This document shows positions 16,546 through 25,511 of a stretch of 39,891 bases of DNA, in pieces (position 1 is the stretch's first letter; every line of letters starts with the position of its first letter). A program made the position numbers and the translations under genes. The notes beneath the pieces are model-generated. The model made no database searches. It saw nothing but the letters and a program-made list of their open reading frames with translations, and had not been told where the DNA came from. This DNA comes from Escherichia phage HEMP4. The DNA is taken from the sequence record OR424387.1. One strand, given 5' to 3'.

Positions 16546-18225
16546 ATGGCGGAAACAACTAAAGAGCGATTGAACAAACAGTTCGCACAACTTGAAAGCG
16601 AGCGTCAGTCGTTCGAGCCGCACTGGCGCGAGTTGAGTGATTACATCAACCCGCGTGGTTCCCGCTTTCTGACTTCTGAGGTCAACCGTAACGATCGGCG
16701 CAATACACGCATTATTGATTCGACCGGGACTATGGCGGCGCGCACTCTCGCCAGCGGCATGATGTCAGGCATCACAAGCCCCGCGCGTCCGTGGTTTCGC
16801 CTGGCTACGCCAGATCCTGAAATGATGGATTATGGCCCTGTTAAGTTGTGGCTTGAGGCAGTTCAGAACCGCATGAACGATATGTTCAATAAGTCGAATC
16901 TCTACCAGTCTCTTCCGCAGTTATACGGAAGCCTCGGCACATACAGCACTGGTGCAATGGCAGTGCTGGAGGATGACGAGGACATCATTCGCACAATGCC
17001 ATTCCCGATAGGCAGTTACTACCTGGCTAACTCACCTCGTGGCAGTGTTGACACCTGTTTTCGCAAGTTCTCTATGACTGTTCGTCAGCTTGTTCAGGAG
17101 TTCGGGCTAAATAACGTCAGCGAATCCGTAAAAAGCATGTGGGAAAGCGGCACCTACGAGAAGTGGATCGAAGTGATGCATTCGGTTTACCCGAACATTG
17201 ACCGCGATACATCGAAGCTGGATAGCAAGAACAAGCCATTCAAATCGGTTTATTACGAGGTTGGTGGAGATAACGACAAGTTGTTGCGTGAGTCCGGATT
17301 CGATGAGTTTCCAATTATGGCTCCGCGCTGGGAAGTTAACGGCGAAGATGTTTATGGATCATCATGCCCGGGTATGCTGGCGCTTGGACCTGTTAAGGCA
17401 TTGCAGCTTCTCCAGAAGCGCAAGTCGCAGTTGATTGATAAAGCCACCAATCCGCCGATGGTTGCTCCGACTTCCCTCAAGAATCAGCGCGCCTCCCTTC
17501 TTCCTGGCGACATCACGTATATCGATCAGATTACTGGTCAGGATGGCTTCAGGCCTGCTTATCTGGTTAACCCCAGTACAGCAGATTTGGTGGCAGACAT
17601 TCAGGACACTCGTCAAATCATTAACAGCGCCTACTTTGTCGATCTGTTCATGATGTTGCAGAACATCAATACCCGCTCGATGCCTGTTGAAGCGGTGATC
17701 GAAATGAAAGAAGAAAAACTTCTGATGTTGGGGCCGGTTCTGGAGCGTCTGAACGACGAATGTCTTAATCCTCTCATTGACCGCGCTTTCTCGATGATGG
17801 TGCGCAAAAACATGCTGCCGCCACCGCCTGACGCGATGGAAGGCATGCCCCTGAAGGTCGAATACATTTCCGTCATGGCTCAGGCGCAGAAGTCTATCGG
17901 CCTGTCCAGTCTGGCGTCCACGGTTAACTTCATTGGTCAACTTGCGCAAGCGAAACCAGAAGCTCTCGACAAACTCAACGTTGATCAGGCGATCGATGCA
18001 TTCGCTGATATGTCCGGAGTGTCTCCAACCGTCATTGTTCCGCAGGAACAGGTTGAGCAGGCTCGCCAGCAACGGGCACAGCAACAACAGCAGCAACAAA
18101 TGATGGCGATGGGGATGGCGGCGGCACAGGGGGCCAAGACGCTAAGCGAAGCTAAAACTTCGGATCCGAGTGTGTTGTCAGCTATGGCGAATGCAGTTAG
18201 TGGTCAGGGTGGGCAATCACAATGA
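16546..18225 (+). CDS. Portal (head-to-tail connector) protein, podovirus type
   Basis: 559 aa; position after terminase; Gln-rich C-terminus; resembles T7 gp8-class connector proteins. Confidence 0.75.
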   Translation: MAETTKERLNKQFAQLESERQSFEPHWRELSDYINPRGSRFLTSEVNRNDRRNTRIIDSTGTMAARTLASGMMSGITSPARPWFRLATPDPEMMDYGPVKLWLEAVQNRMNDMFNKSNLYQSLPQLYGSLGTYSTGAMAVLEDDEDIIRTMPFPIGSYYLANSPRGSVDTCFRKFSMTVRQLVQEFGLNNVSESVKSMWESGTYEKWIEVMHSVYPNIDRDTSKLDSKNKPFKSVYYEVGGDNDKLLRESGFDEFPIMAPRWEVNGEDVYGSSCPGMLALGPVKALQLLQKRKSQLIDKATNPPMVAPTSLKNQRASLLPGDITYIDQITGQDGFRPAYLVNPSTADLVADIQDTRQIINSAYFVDLFMMLQNINTRSMPVEAVIEMKEEKLLMLGPVLERLNDECLNPLIDRAFSMMVRKNMLPPPPDAMEGMPLKVEYISVMAQAQKSIGLSSLASTVNFIGQLAQAKPEALDKLNVDQAIDAFADMSGVSPTVIVPQEQVEQARQQRAQQQQQQQMMAMGMAAAQGAKTLSEAKTSDPSVLSAMANAVSGQGGQSQ

Positions 18226-18518
18226 CAGATTACGAAGACGATCAACTGAAAGAAGAAAACGCCCGTAAGCAACGTGACATGGCGCAGCGTGAAATTGATG
18301 ACATTCGCTTTGTCATGAGCAGTGAACAGGGGCGTCGCGTTGTCTGGTCGGTGCTGGAGAAAGGCCGTGTGTTTTCCGCTATCTCACCGATGGACGCTAT
18401 GGCAATGGCATTTAATGAGGGGCAACGCAATCTGGCGCTGGAACTGTTTCAGCGCGTTATGGCGCATTGCCCTGAACAGTATTTGAAGATGGCCAAAGAG
18501 GCCAGTGAACAGGAGTGA
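18222..18518 (+). CDS. Hypothetical protein (98 aa)
   Basis: ORF overlapping portal stop, between portal and scaffold. Confidence 0.5.
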   Translation: MTDYEDDQLKEENARKQRDMAQREIDDIRFVMSSEQGRRVVWSVLEKGRVFSAISPMDAMAMAFNEGQRNLALELFQRVMAHCPEQYLKMAKEASEQE

Positions 18519-18520
18519 TC

Positions 18521-19216
18521 ATGAATTTATTTGAGCGTTTGCTGTATCGCCGTCTTTGCAATGAGCAACCAGTCGATGGTGGAGCAGCTCCGGCTGCGTC
18601 AGAACCGTCAGCGCCTGCAGGTGATAACCATGCTCCAGTTGGTGATCCATCACAACCGGAAGGTGATAAGTCACAACCTGTTGCTGATGGCGATAAACCT
18701 GCTGATGACAAAAATCCTGAAAACGATAAGCAGGATGAAAAAAAGGACGGCGATAAACCAGAGGGTGCGCCTGAGAAGTACGAGTTTCAGGCTGCCGAAG
18801 GCGTAGAGCTGGATACAGAAGCGTTGAAGGAATTCGAGCCGGTGGCGCGAGAACTAAACCTGACCAACGAGCAAGCGCAAAAGCTGGTTGATGCTTATCC
18901 GAAGATTCTGGCAGGTGTTCAGCAGCGCCAGGTAGAAGCCTGGCAGAAAACAACCGAGCAGTGGGCTGCGGATGTAAAAGCTGACAAAGAAATCGGTGGC
19001 GACAAGTTGATTTCTAACCTTAGCGCCGCACAGCGTGCGCTTGACCAGTTCGGGACACCTGAACTCAAAGAATATCTGAACACCACCGGGCTGGGTAATC
19101 ACCCTGATCTGGTCAAAACGTTCGTGAAAATCGGAAAGGCGATGTCTGAAGATGGCATGGTCACCGGTGGTAATGAAGGCCAGCGTAGTGCGGCCGAAGT
19201 GCTCTATGGCAAATAA
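18521..19216 (+). CDS. Capsid scaffolding protein
   Basis: Acidic Pro/Asp/Lys-rich low-complexity N-terminal half, helical C-terminal half; immediately upstream of major capsid gene; AGGAG SD. Confidence 0.65.
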   Translation: MNLFERLLYRRLCNEQPVDGGAAPAASEPSAPAGDNHAPVGDPSQPEGDKSQPVADGDKPADDKNPENDKQDEKKDGDKPEGAPEKYEFQAAEGVELDTEALKEFEPVARELNLTNEQAQKLVDAYPKILAGVQQRQVEAWQKTTEQWAADVKADKEIGGDKLISNLSAAQRALDQFGTPELKEYLNTTGLGNHPDLVKTFVKIGKAMSEDGMVTGGNEGQRSAAEVLYGK

Positions 19217-19230
19217 GAGAGGAAATGACA

Positions 19231-20217
19231 ATGGCTGTTAAAGGCTTAACTGCGCTAACGCTGGCTGACTGGGGTAAGCGCGTCGATCCAAACGGGAAAG
19301 TCGATAAGATTATCGAGCTTCTCGGTCAAACTAACCCGATCCTTCAGGATATGCCTTTTGTCGAAGGGAACCTTCCTACCGGACACCGAACCACCATTCG
19401 TTCTGGTTTACCTTCAGCTACCTGGCGTTTGCTGAACTATGGCGTACAGCCAAGCAAATCAACCACAGTGCAGGTAACCGATTCCGTTGGCATGCTGGAA
19501 ACCTATGCGGAAGTCGATAAGTCACTGGCTGATCTGAACGGCAATACCGCCGAATTCCGCCTGTCTGAAGACCGCGCATTTATTGAAGCGATGAATCAGC
19601 AGATGGCGCAGACGCTGTTTTATGGTGATTCCAGCGTTAACCCTCAGCAGTTTATGGGACTGTCCTCCCGCTATTCCAGCCTGTCTGCGGGTAATGCTCA
19701 GAATATCATTGATGCTGGTGGCACGGGTACAGATAACACCTCAATCTGGTTAGTGGTGTGGGGCGAAAACACCGTGCATGGCATCTTCCCGAAAGGGCAG
19801 AAGGCTGGCATCCAGATGGAAGATAAAGGCCAGGTGACACTGGAAGATGCTAATGGCGGCAAGTACGAAGGCTATCGCACCCATTACAAATGGGATAACG
19901 GACTTGCTCTGCGTGACTGGCGTTATGTTGTTCGCATTGCAAACATCGATGTCAGCAATCTTTCAGAACCATCCTCTGCCGCAAATATTGCGAAGTTGAT
20001 GGTTAAAGCACTACATCGCATTCCAAACCGTGGCATGGGCCGCCCGGTGTTCTACATGAACCGCACTGTAGGCCAGGCTCTTGATCTGCAGTCTCTGGAG
20101 AAAACATCTCTGGCTATCAGCGTAAAAGAGACAGAAGGCGAGTGGTGGACTTCATTCCGTGGTGTACCAATCCGTGAAACTGATGCGCTTCTGGAAACAG
20201 AAGCCCGCGTGGTGTAA
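19231..20217 (+). CDS. Major capsid protein
   Basis: About 330 aa, strong SD, position after scaffold, followed by stem-loop; ORF track start 19225. Confidence 0.75.
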   Translation: MAVKGLTALTLADWGKRVDPNGKVDKIIELLGQTNPILQDMPFVEGNLPTGHRTTIRSGLPSATWRLLNYGVQPSKSTTVQVTDSVGMLETYAEVDKSLADLNGNTAEFRLSEDRAFIEAMNQQMAQTLFYGDSSVNPQQFMGLSSRYSSLSAGNAQNIIDAGGTGTDNTSIWLVVWGENTVHGIFPKGQKAGIQMEDKGQVTLEDANGGKYEGYRTHYKWDNGLALRDWRYVVRIANIDVSNLSEPSSAANIAKLMVKALHRIPNRGMGRPVFYMNRTVGQALDLQSLEKTSLAISVKETEGEWWTSFRGVPIRETDALLETEARVV

Positions 20218-20268
20218 CGCCTGTTATTAACCTGTGGGTCGTAACAGACCCACTAATGGAGAAAGAAG

Positions 20269-20706
20269 ATGATCACCGACAAACTGTTGATGTTCTCCGA
20301 AGCTCAGGCGGTTACGAATACCGCGGCTTCTACTGACGTAATCGATCTCGGTCCAATTGACGGAAAACGTCGTGATATCGGCGTGGGTTACCCGCTTGAG
20401 TTTTGGGTGCTGGTTAACGCAGCCGCCGCAGCAAGCGGTGATGCAACTGTAAACATCCAGTTGCAGACGAGTGAGAATAACACCTCATGGACCACTATTT
20501 ATGATAGTGGCGCACTGGTAAAGACCGCCCTGACAGCAGGTAAACGAGTTGTTTCTGCAAAGGTGCCTGCCGGTGTTCAGCGATATCTGCGTGTTAACTA
20601 CTCCGTCGCAACTGGCCCACTAACGGCTGGCGAATTCACTGCTGGTATCAGTCTTGATGTTGATGCCAATACGCCGTATCCGATCCGCTCAAAAGTAACT
20701 GGTTAA
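20269..20706 (+). CDS. Hypothetical virion protein (145 aa)
   Basis: ORF in structural operon with GGAGAAAG SD. Confidence 0.5.
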   Translation: MITDKLLMFSEAQAVTNTAASTDVIDLGPIDGKRRDIGVGYPLEFWVLVNAAAAASGDATVNIQLQTSENNTSWTTIYDSGALVKTALTAGKRVVSAKVPAGVQRYLRVNYSVATGPLTAGEFTAGISLDVDANTPYPIRSKVTG

Positions 20707-20716
20707 GGTGATATCG

Positions 20717-21052
20717 ATGTCAGGTGAGAAACCAAGATACCGCGTTCTGCGCCTCTCTCATATCCATAACACTCTGTGGCCGGAGGGGGCAGAAATCGAA
20801 TACGAAGGTGAGCCTGGTAGCGCACTGGAACCTGTTAACGATGCAGCCAGACAGGCAAAAGCAAAAGTTGCAGGAAAGGTGTCAATGGCAGCAACCAGCA
20901 CCAAAATCATCAACGATGTGTCAGATGATGGTGAACTGGATAAGCTCCGTGAAGAGTACGAATTGCTCTTTAACGAGAAGCCACACCATAACGCCAAAGC
21001 TGAAACGCTCCGCGAGAAGATCGCAGATAAGCGTAAAGAACTGGGCGTGTAA
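20717..21052 (+). CDS. Hypothetical virion protein (111 aa)
   Basis: ATG 6 nt after AAGGTG; followed by terminator. Confidence 0.5.
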   Translation: MSGEKPRYRVLRLSHIHNTLWPEGAEIEYEGEPGSALEPVNDAARQAKAKVAGKVSMAATSTKIINDVSDDGELDKLREEYELLFNEKPHHNAKAETLREKIADKRKELGV

Positions 21053-21068
21053 GCCTCGCGAATCAGAC

Positions 21069-21090
21069 AAGGGGCTTCGGCCCCTTTATT
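21069..21090 (+). terminator. Rho-independent terminator
   Basis: GGGGC-ttcg-GCCCC followed by TTTATT. Confidence 0.65.
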
Positions 21091-21102
21091 GCAGGAGTGT
21101 AT

Positions 21103-21426
21103 ATGGAACTCGTAAACCTCAAAACCGGCACTGACAGCTACCAGGATGAGAGCGGAGAAACCAGAACTCGTGATGAATACCCGTGGGGGCTGTGCATCAC
21201 TCTTAATAACGACACATTGAATAAGCTGAAGGCGCAACCTAAGGGCGTCGGAACGGAAGTGATGATAACTGCAAAGGCTGTTATTCGAGGCCTGTCTGCC
21301 AGAGAAACTGACGATGGCGTTAATCGCAGCGCCGATCTGCAGATCACTGATATGGCGATCGCTCCTGTTTCCGGGGATGTAGAAAAATCAGCGGCTGAAA
21401 CTCTGTACGGTAACGGAGGTGAGTGA
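21103..21426 (+). CDS. Hypothetical virion protein (107 aa)
   Basis: ATG 5 nt after AGGAG. Confidence 0.5.
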   Translation: MELVNLKTGTDSYQDESGETRTRDEYPWGLCITLNNDTLNKLKAQPKGVGTEVMITAKAVIRGLSARETDDGVNRSADLQITDMAIAPVSGDVEKSAAETLYGNGGE

Positions 21427-22031
21427 TGGCCTCTGTAGTAGAGATCTGTAATCGTGCGCTGTCCAATATTGGCAACAGCCGCAGCATTAACAGCCTGACG
21501 GAAGCCAGCAAGGAAGCGGGGGAATGTTCGCTGCACTTTGAGGCCTGCCGTGATGCTGTGCTTTCTGATTTTGACTGGAACTTTGCTACCAAACGCGTGG
21601 CGCTTGCAGATACGAGCAATCCACCGCCTGACTGGGAATATGCGTACCAGTACCCGTCAGATTGTCTGCGCATTACTGAAATTATGCTTCCTGGTGTACG
21701 CAATCCAACAGCAGCAATGCGCGTTCAGTACGAAGTTGGTGCAGACACCAACGGAACAGGAAAGTTGATCTACACAGACCAGCCTCAGGCATGGCTCAAG
21801 TATGTCTCTCGCGTTACAGATGTGAACATGTTTGATGCCATTTTTATGGAGGCGTTGGCCTGGCGTCTTGCGGCAGCTATTAACATGGCGCTGACTGGGA
21901 ATGCAGACCTCGGTACGTTTGCCCTCAATATGTACAATCGCGTGATTCTTAGTGCTGGCTCGCATAGCCAGAATGAATCACAGGAACCACAGCCACCGGT
22001 TGACGAGTTTACCATTGCGAGGTTGTCCTGA
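21426..22031 (+). CDS. Putative tail adaptor (T7 gp11-like tail tubular protein A)
   Basis: 201 aa; N-terminal ICNRALSNIGNSRSINSLTE pattern resembles gp11-type adaptors; precedes nozzle-like protein. Confidence 0.45.
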   Translation: MASVVEICNRALSNIGNSRSINSLTEASKEAGECSLHFEACRDAVLSDFDWNFATKRVALADTSNPPPDWEYAYQYPSDCLRITEIMLPGVRNPTAAMRVQYEVGADTNGTGKLIYTDQPQAWLKYVSRVTDVNMFDAIFMEALAWRLAAAINMALTGNADLGTFALNMYNRVILSAGSHSQNESQEPQPPVDEFTIARLS

Positions 22032-24502
22032 TGGCTATCAGTTGGATCCAGCCCAGCTTTGCCGGTGGTGAGATTGGACCGTCGTTGTACGGACGTATCG
22101 ACATGGCGAAGTACCAGGTGGCATTGCGCAAGTGCGATAACTTTATCGTGCGGCAGTATGGCGGCGTTGAGAATCGACCTGGTACGCGTTTTGTCGGTGC
22201 CGCCAAATACCCAAATCGGAAATGCCGCCTGATCCCGTTCCAGTTCTCGACGGTTCAGACCTATGCTCTGGAGTTCGGACACCAGTACATGCGCGTTATC
22301 AAAGATGGTGCGTTGGTGCTGAACAGCAGCAATGTTATTTATGAAATTGCCACGCCATATACTGAAGCCGATCTGTTCCGAATTAAATTTACGCAAAGCG
22401 CCGACGTGCTTACGCTGGTTCACCCGGCATACCCGCCGAAAGAGTTGCGCCGCTATGCGCATGACAACTGGCAACTGGTTGATGTGGTAACGAAGAACGG
22501 GCCATTTGAAGATATCAATATTGACGAGTCAGTGACGGTTTATGCCAGCGCCAGCACTGGGACAATTACGTTAACGGCAAGCGCCTCTATTTTTGGCGCG
22601 GAGCAGGTAGGCAAATTGTTCTATCTGGAACAGCCTGCAGTGGATTCTGTGCCGGTATGGGAAACCAGTAAGAGTACGTCGATTGGCGATATTCGCCGTG
22701 CAGACAGTAACTACTATCGCGCCGTTACAGCAGGAAAAACAGGCACTTTGCGCCCTTCGCATACAGAAGGCACATCATGGGATGGCTGGGGCGGATCCGG
22801 TGATGATGATACTGGCATTGAGTGGGAGTATCTGCACAGTGGTTTTGGCATTGCCCGTATAACTGCTGTAAATGGCACTACTGCAACTGCTGAGGTGATT
22901 TCCTATATCCCTTCGCAGGTCGTTGGCGAGGATAATGCCAGCTATAAATGGGCTAAATATGCCTGGAACAGTGTTAATGGTTATCCTGGCACTGTTGTTT
23001 ATTATCAACAACGTCTTTACTTCGCCGCATCGACTGCGTTCCCTCAGACTATCTGGGCCAGCCGTACTGGGGATTATAAGGATTTTGGCAAAAGCAATCC
23101 TACGCAGGATGACGACAGAATTATCTACACCTATGCCGGGCGTCAGGTTAATGAGATCCGCCACCTGATTGATGTTGGTTCGCTGGTGGCGCTGACTTCC
23201 GGAGGTGAGTATGTCATCACCGGCGACCAGAACAAAGTGTTAACCCCATCATCATTTGCATTCAGCTCTCAGGGATCAAATGGCTCAAGCAACGTCCCGC
23301 CAATTGCCGTGGCGAATATTGCTTTGTTCGTCCAGGAGAAAGGCAGTGTTGTACGTGATCTGGCCTACTCATTCGATGTTGACGGCTATCAGGGGAACGA
23401 CCTGACCATCCTTGCCAATCATCTTTTTCAGAAGCACAGCATTGTTGACTGGTGCTTCTCGATTGTCCCTTACTCCAGCGCCTTCTGCATTCGTGATGAC
23501 GGTAAATTGCTGGTGATGACCTATTTGCGTGATCAGCAGGTTTTTGCATGGGCACCACAATCCAGTACCGGGAAATATGAAAGCACATGCAGTATCAGCG
23601 AAGGCAATGAAGATGCGGTGTATTTCGTCGTTAACCGAACCGTTAACGGGCAAACAGTGAGATACATAGAGCGACTGTCCAGCCGTTTATTTACCAGCGA
23701 TGAAGATGCTTTCTTTGTTGATTCTGGCCTTAGCTATGATGGAAGAAATACGTCTGACAGAACGATGACCATCACTGGTGGTTCTGGTGAATGGGATTAC
23801 CGCGCGGAATATACAATCAGTATTTCTGGTGGTGCGTACTTCACCAGTAGTGATGTCGGTGCGCAACTACAATTCCCTTATACCGGAACTGATCCTGATA
23901 CTGGCGATGAAGTGTCAAAAGAATTACGTTGCGACATTATTTCTGTAACCAGCAATACCGCTGTAGTGGTTCGTCCTAACAGGAACGTCCCATCATCCCT
24001 CAGGAATGTGGCCACCACGAACTGGCAGATGGCGCGCCGGACATTTGGAGGCCTGTCTCATCTTGAAGGCCAGATCGTAAACATTCTCTCTGATGCGAAC
24101 GTGGAACCACAGAAAGTTGTTTCCGGAGGTGCCGTCACGCTGGAATCTCCGGGGGCTGTAGTGCACATCGGCCTGCCAATAACTGCTGAATTCGAAACAC
24201 TGGATATCAACATTAGCGGACAGGAAACGCTGCTGGACAAAAAACAGGTGATCCCGTCCGTTACTCTGGTTGTGAATGCCAGTCGCGGCATCTGGGCGAC
24301 TACGCCCGGCGGTAAATGGTACGAATATCCACAGCGTGAATTCGAGTTCTACGATGATCCTGTTGATGATGCTACCGGAAAAGTAGAAGTGAAACTGGAC
24401 AGTAACTGGGGCAAAAACGGGCGTGTAAAAATCCGTCAGCTTGACCCGTTGCCGCTGTCTGTTCTTGCCGTTATTCCTCGCCTTACTGTTGGGGGATTCT
24501 GA
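22031..24502 (+). CDS. Putative tail nozzle (T7 gp12-like tail tubular protein B)
   Basis: 823 aa; N-terminal QPSFAGGEIGPSLYGRID...GGVENRPGTRF pattern similar to gp12-class proteins. Confidence 0.5.
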   Translation: MAISWIQPSFAGGEIGPSLYGRIDMAKYQVALRKCDNFIVRQYGGVENRPGTRFVGAAKYPNRKCRLIPFQFSTVQTYALEFGHQYMRVIKDGALVLNSSNVIYEIATPYTEADLFRIKFTQSADVLTLVHPAYPPKELRRYAHDNWQLVDVVTKNGPFEDINIDESVTVYASASTGTITLTASASIFGAEQVGKLFYLEQPAVDSVPVWETSKSTSIGDIRRADSNYYRAVTAGKTGTLRPSHTEGTSWDGWGGSGDDDTGIEWEYLHSGFGIARITAVNGTTATAEVISYIPSQVVGEDNASYKWAKYAWNSVNGYPGTVVYYQQRLYFAASTAFPQTIWASRTGDYKDFGKSNPTQDDDRIIYTYAGRQVNEIRHLIDVGSLVALTSGGEYVITGDQNKVLTPSSFAFSSQGSNGSSNVPPIAVANIALFVQEKGSVVRDLAYSFDVDGYQGNDLTILANHLFQKHSIVDWCFSIVPYSSAFCIRDDGKLLVMTYLRDQQVFAWAPQSSTGKYESTCSISEGNEDAVYFVVNRTVNGQTVRYIERLSSRLFTSDEDAFFVDSGLSYDGRNTSDRTMTITGGSGEWDYRAEYTISISGGAYFTSSDVGAQLQFPYTGTDPDTGDEVSKELRCDIISVTSNTAVVVRPNRNVPSSLRNVATTNWQMARRTFGGLSHLEGQIVNILSDANVEPQKVVSGGAVTLESPGAVVHIGLPITAEFETLDINISGQETLLDKKQVIPSVTLVVNASRGIWATTPGGKWYEYPQREFEFYDDPVDDATGKVEVKLDSNWGKNGRVKIRQLDPLPLSVLAVIPRLTVGGF

Positions 24503-24966
24503 TGATCGATGTTCAAATTATTCCCGCTACCGAAGAGCATCTTCAGATGATTTTGCCGGATGTTCGTCAGGCTGATATTGACGAACTGTATGCGGTATCG
24601 CTGATGACTACCGAAGATGCGCTGCGCGTTGGTCTTCGCACTGCGACTATGGCCTGGTCAGGGTTCGCGAACGGAGAACTGGTAACCATGTTTGGTGTAT
24701 CTCCGGCGTCAATGATCGGTGGCAATGGTACGCCCTGGCTGGTAGGAACCAGCCGTATTGAAAAATATCAGAAGACATTTCTGCGCCACTGCCGCCCTGT
24801 ATTGCAGCAGATGCTGGCAGTTTATCCGCGCCTGGAAAACTACGTCGACGAGCGAAACCATGTTGCCAAAGCATGGCTGCACTGGCTTGGATTCAGGCTT
24901 GAAGAAGCCGCGCCTTATGGTGCTCTTGGTCTTAATTTCCACAGATTTCACATGGAGAGAAAATAA
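24502..24966 (+). CDS. Hypothetical virion protein (154 aa)
   Basis: ORF coupled to upstream stop. Confidence 0.5.
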   Translation: MIDVQIIPATEEHLQMILPDVRQADIDELYAVSLMTTEDALRVGLRTATMAWSGFANGELVTMFGVSPASMIGGNGTPWLVGTSRIEKYQKTFLRHCRPVLQQMLAVYPRLENYVDERNHVAKAWLHWLGFRLEEAAPYGALGLNFHRFHMERK

Positions 24967-25511
24967 TGTGCGATCCGGTTATTGCTGGTGGCGCAATGCT
25001 CGCCATGAGTGGCATTCAGGCATACACCCAGTACCAACAGGGAAAGTATGCCTCGAAGGTTGCAGAAGCGAACGCAGATATAGCCACAGCTCAGGCAAAT
25101 GATGCAATAAACAGAGGTAACGCTGAAGCTGAGCAACGACGCAGAGAGACCCGACAGCGGCTTGGTACACAGGCGGCGACAATGGGGGCTACCGGCGCTG
25201 ATTTATCTACAGGTAACGCGCTGGATATATTTGGCGACACTGCCCAGTTTGGCGCTCTTGATTCGCTGACGACGGTGAATAACGCGCAACGCGAGGCTTA
25301 CGGTTATCAGGTTCAGGCTGCCAACTATAAAGCAGAAGCCAGTTCAGCCCGTAAACAGGGGAATGTGGGAGCAGCAACAACATTGCTCACTGCGCCTCTG
25401 AAGGCATACGGTGCCTACCAGATGTTTGGTGGGACGTGGAGTCCGTTTACTCAAAGTACTCCTGCACCAATCGGGGCAGCAGCAGGAACCAGATTACCCG
25501 GAGGATTATAA
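24966..25511 (+). CDS. Putative internal virion protein (181 aa)
   Basis: Ala/Gln-rich, N-terminal hydrophobic segment; position upstream of large internal proteins. Confidence 0.45.
   Translation: MCDPVIAGGAMLAMSGIQAYTQYQQGKYASKVAEANADIATAQANDAINRGNAEAEQRRRETRQRLGTQAATMGATGADLSTGNALDIFGDTAQFGALDSLTTVNNAQREAYGYQVQAANYKAEASSARKQGNVGAATTLLTAPLKAYGAYQMFGGTWSPFTQSTPAPIGAAAGTRLPGGL

Noticed and set aside
17362-18099. 245-aa minus-strand ORF inside portal gene
   Set aside because: Antisense to a strongly supported structural gene; Leu/Arg/His-rich composition typical of shadow frames.
21785-22474. 229-aa minus-strand ORF spanning adaptor/nozzle junction
   Set aside because: Antisense shadow ORF; no RBS or operon context.
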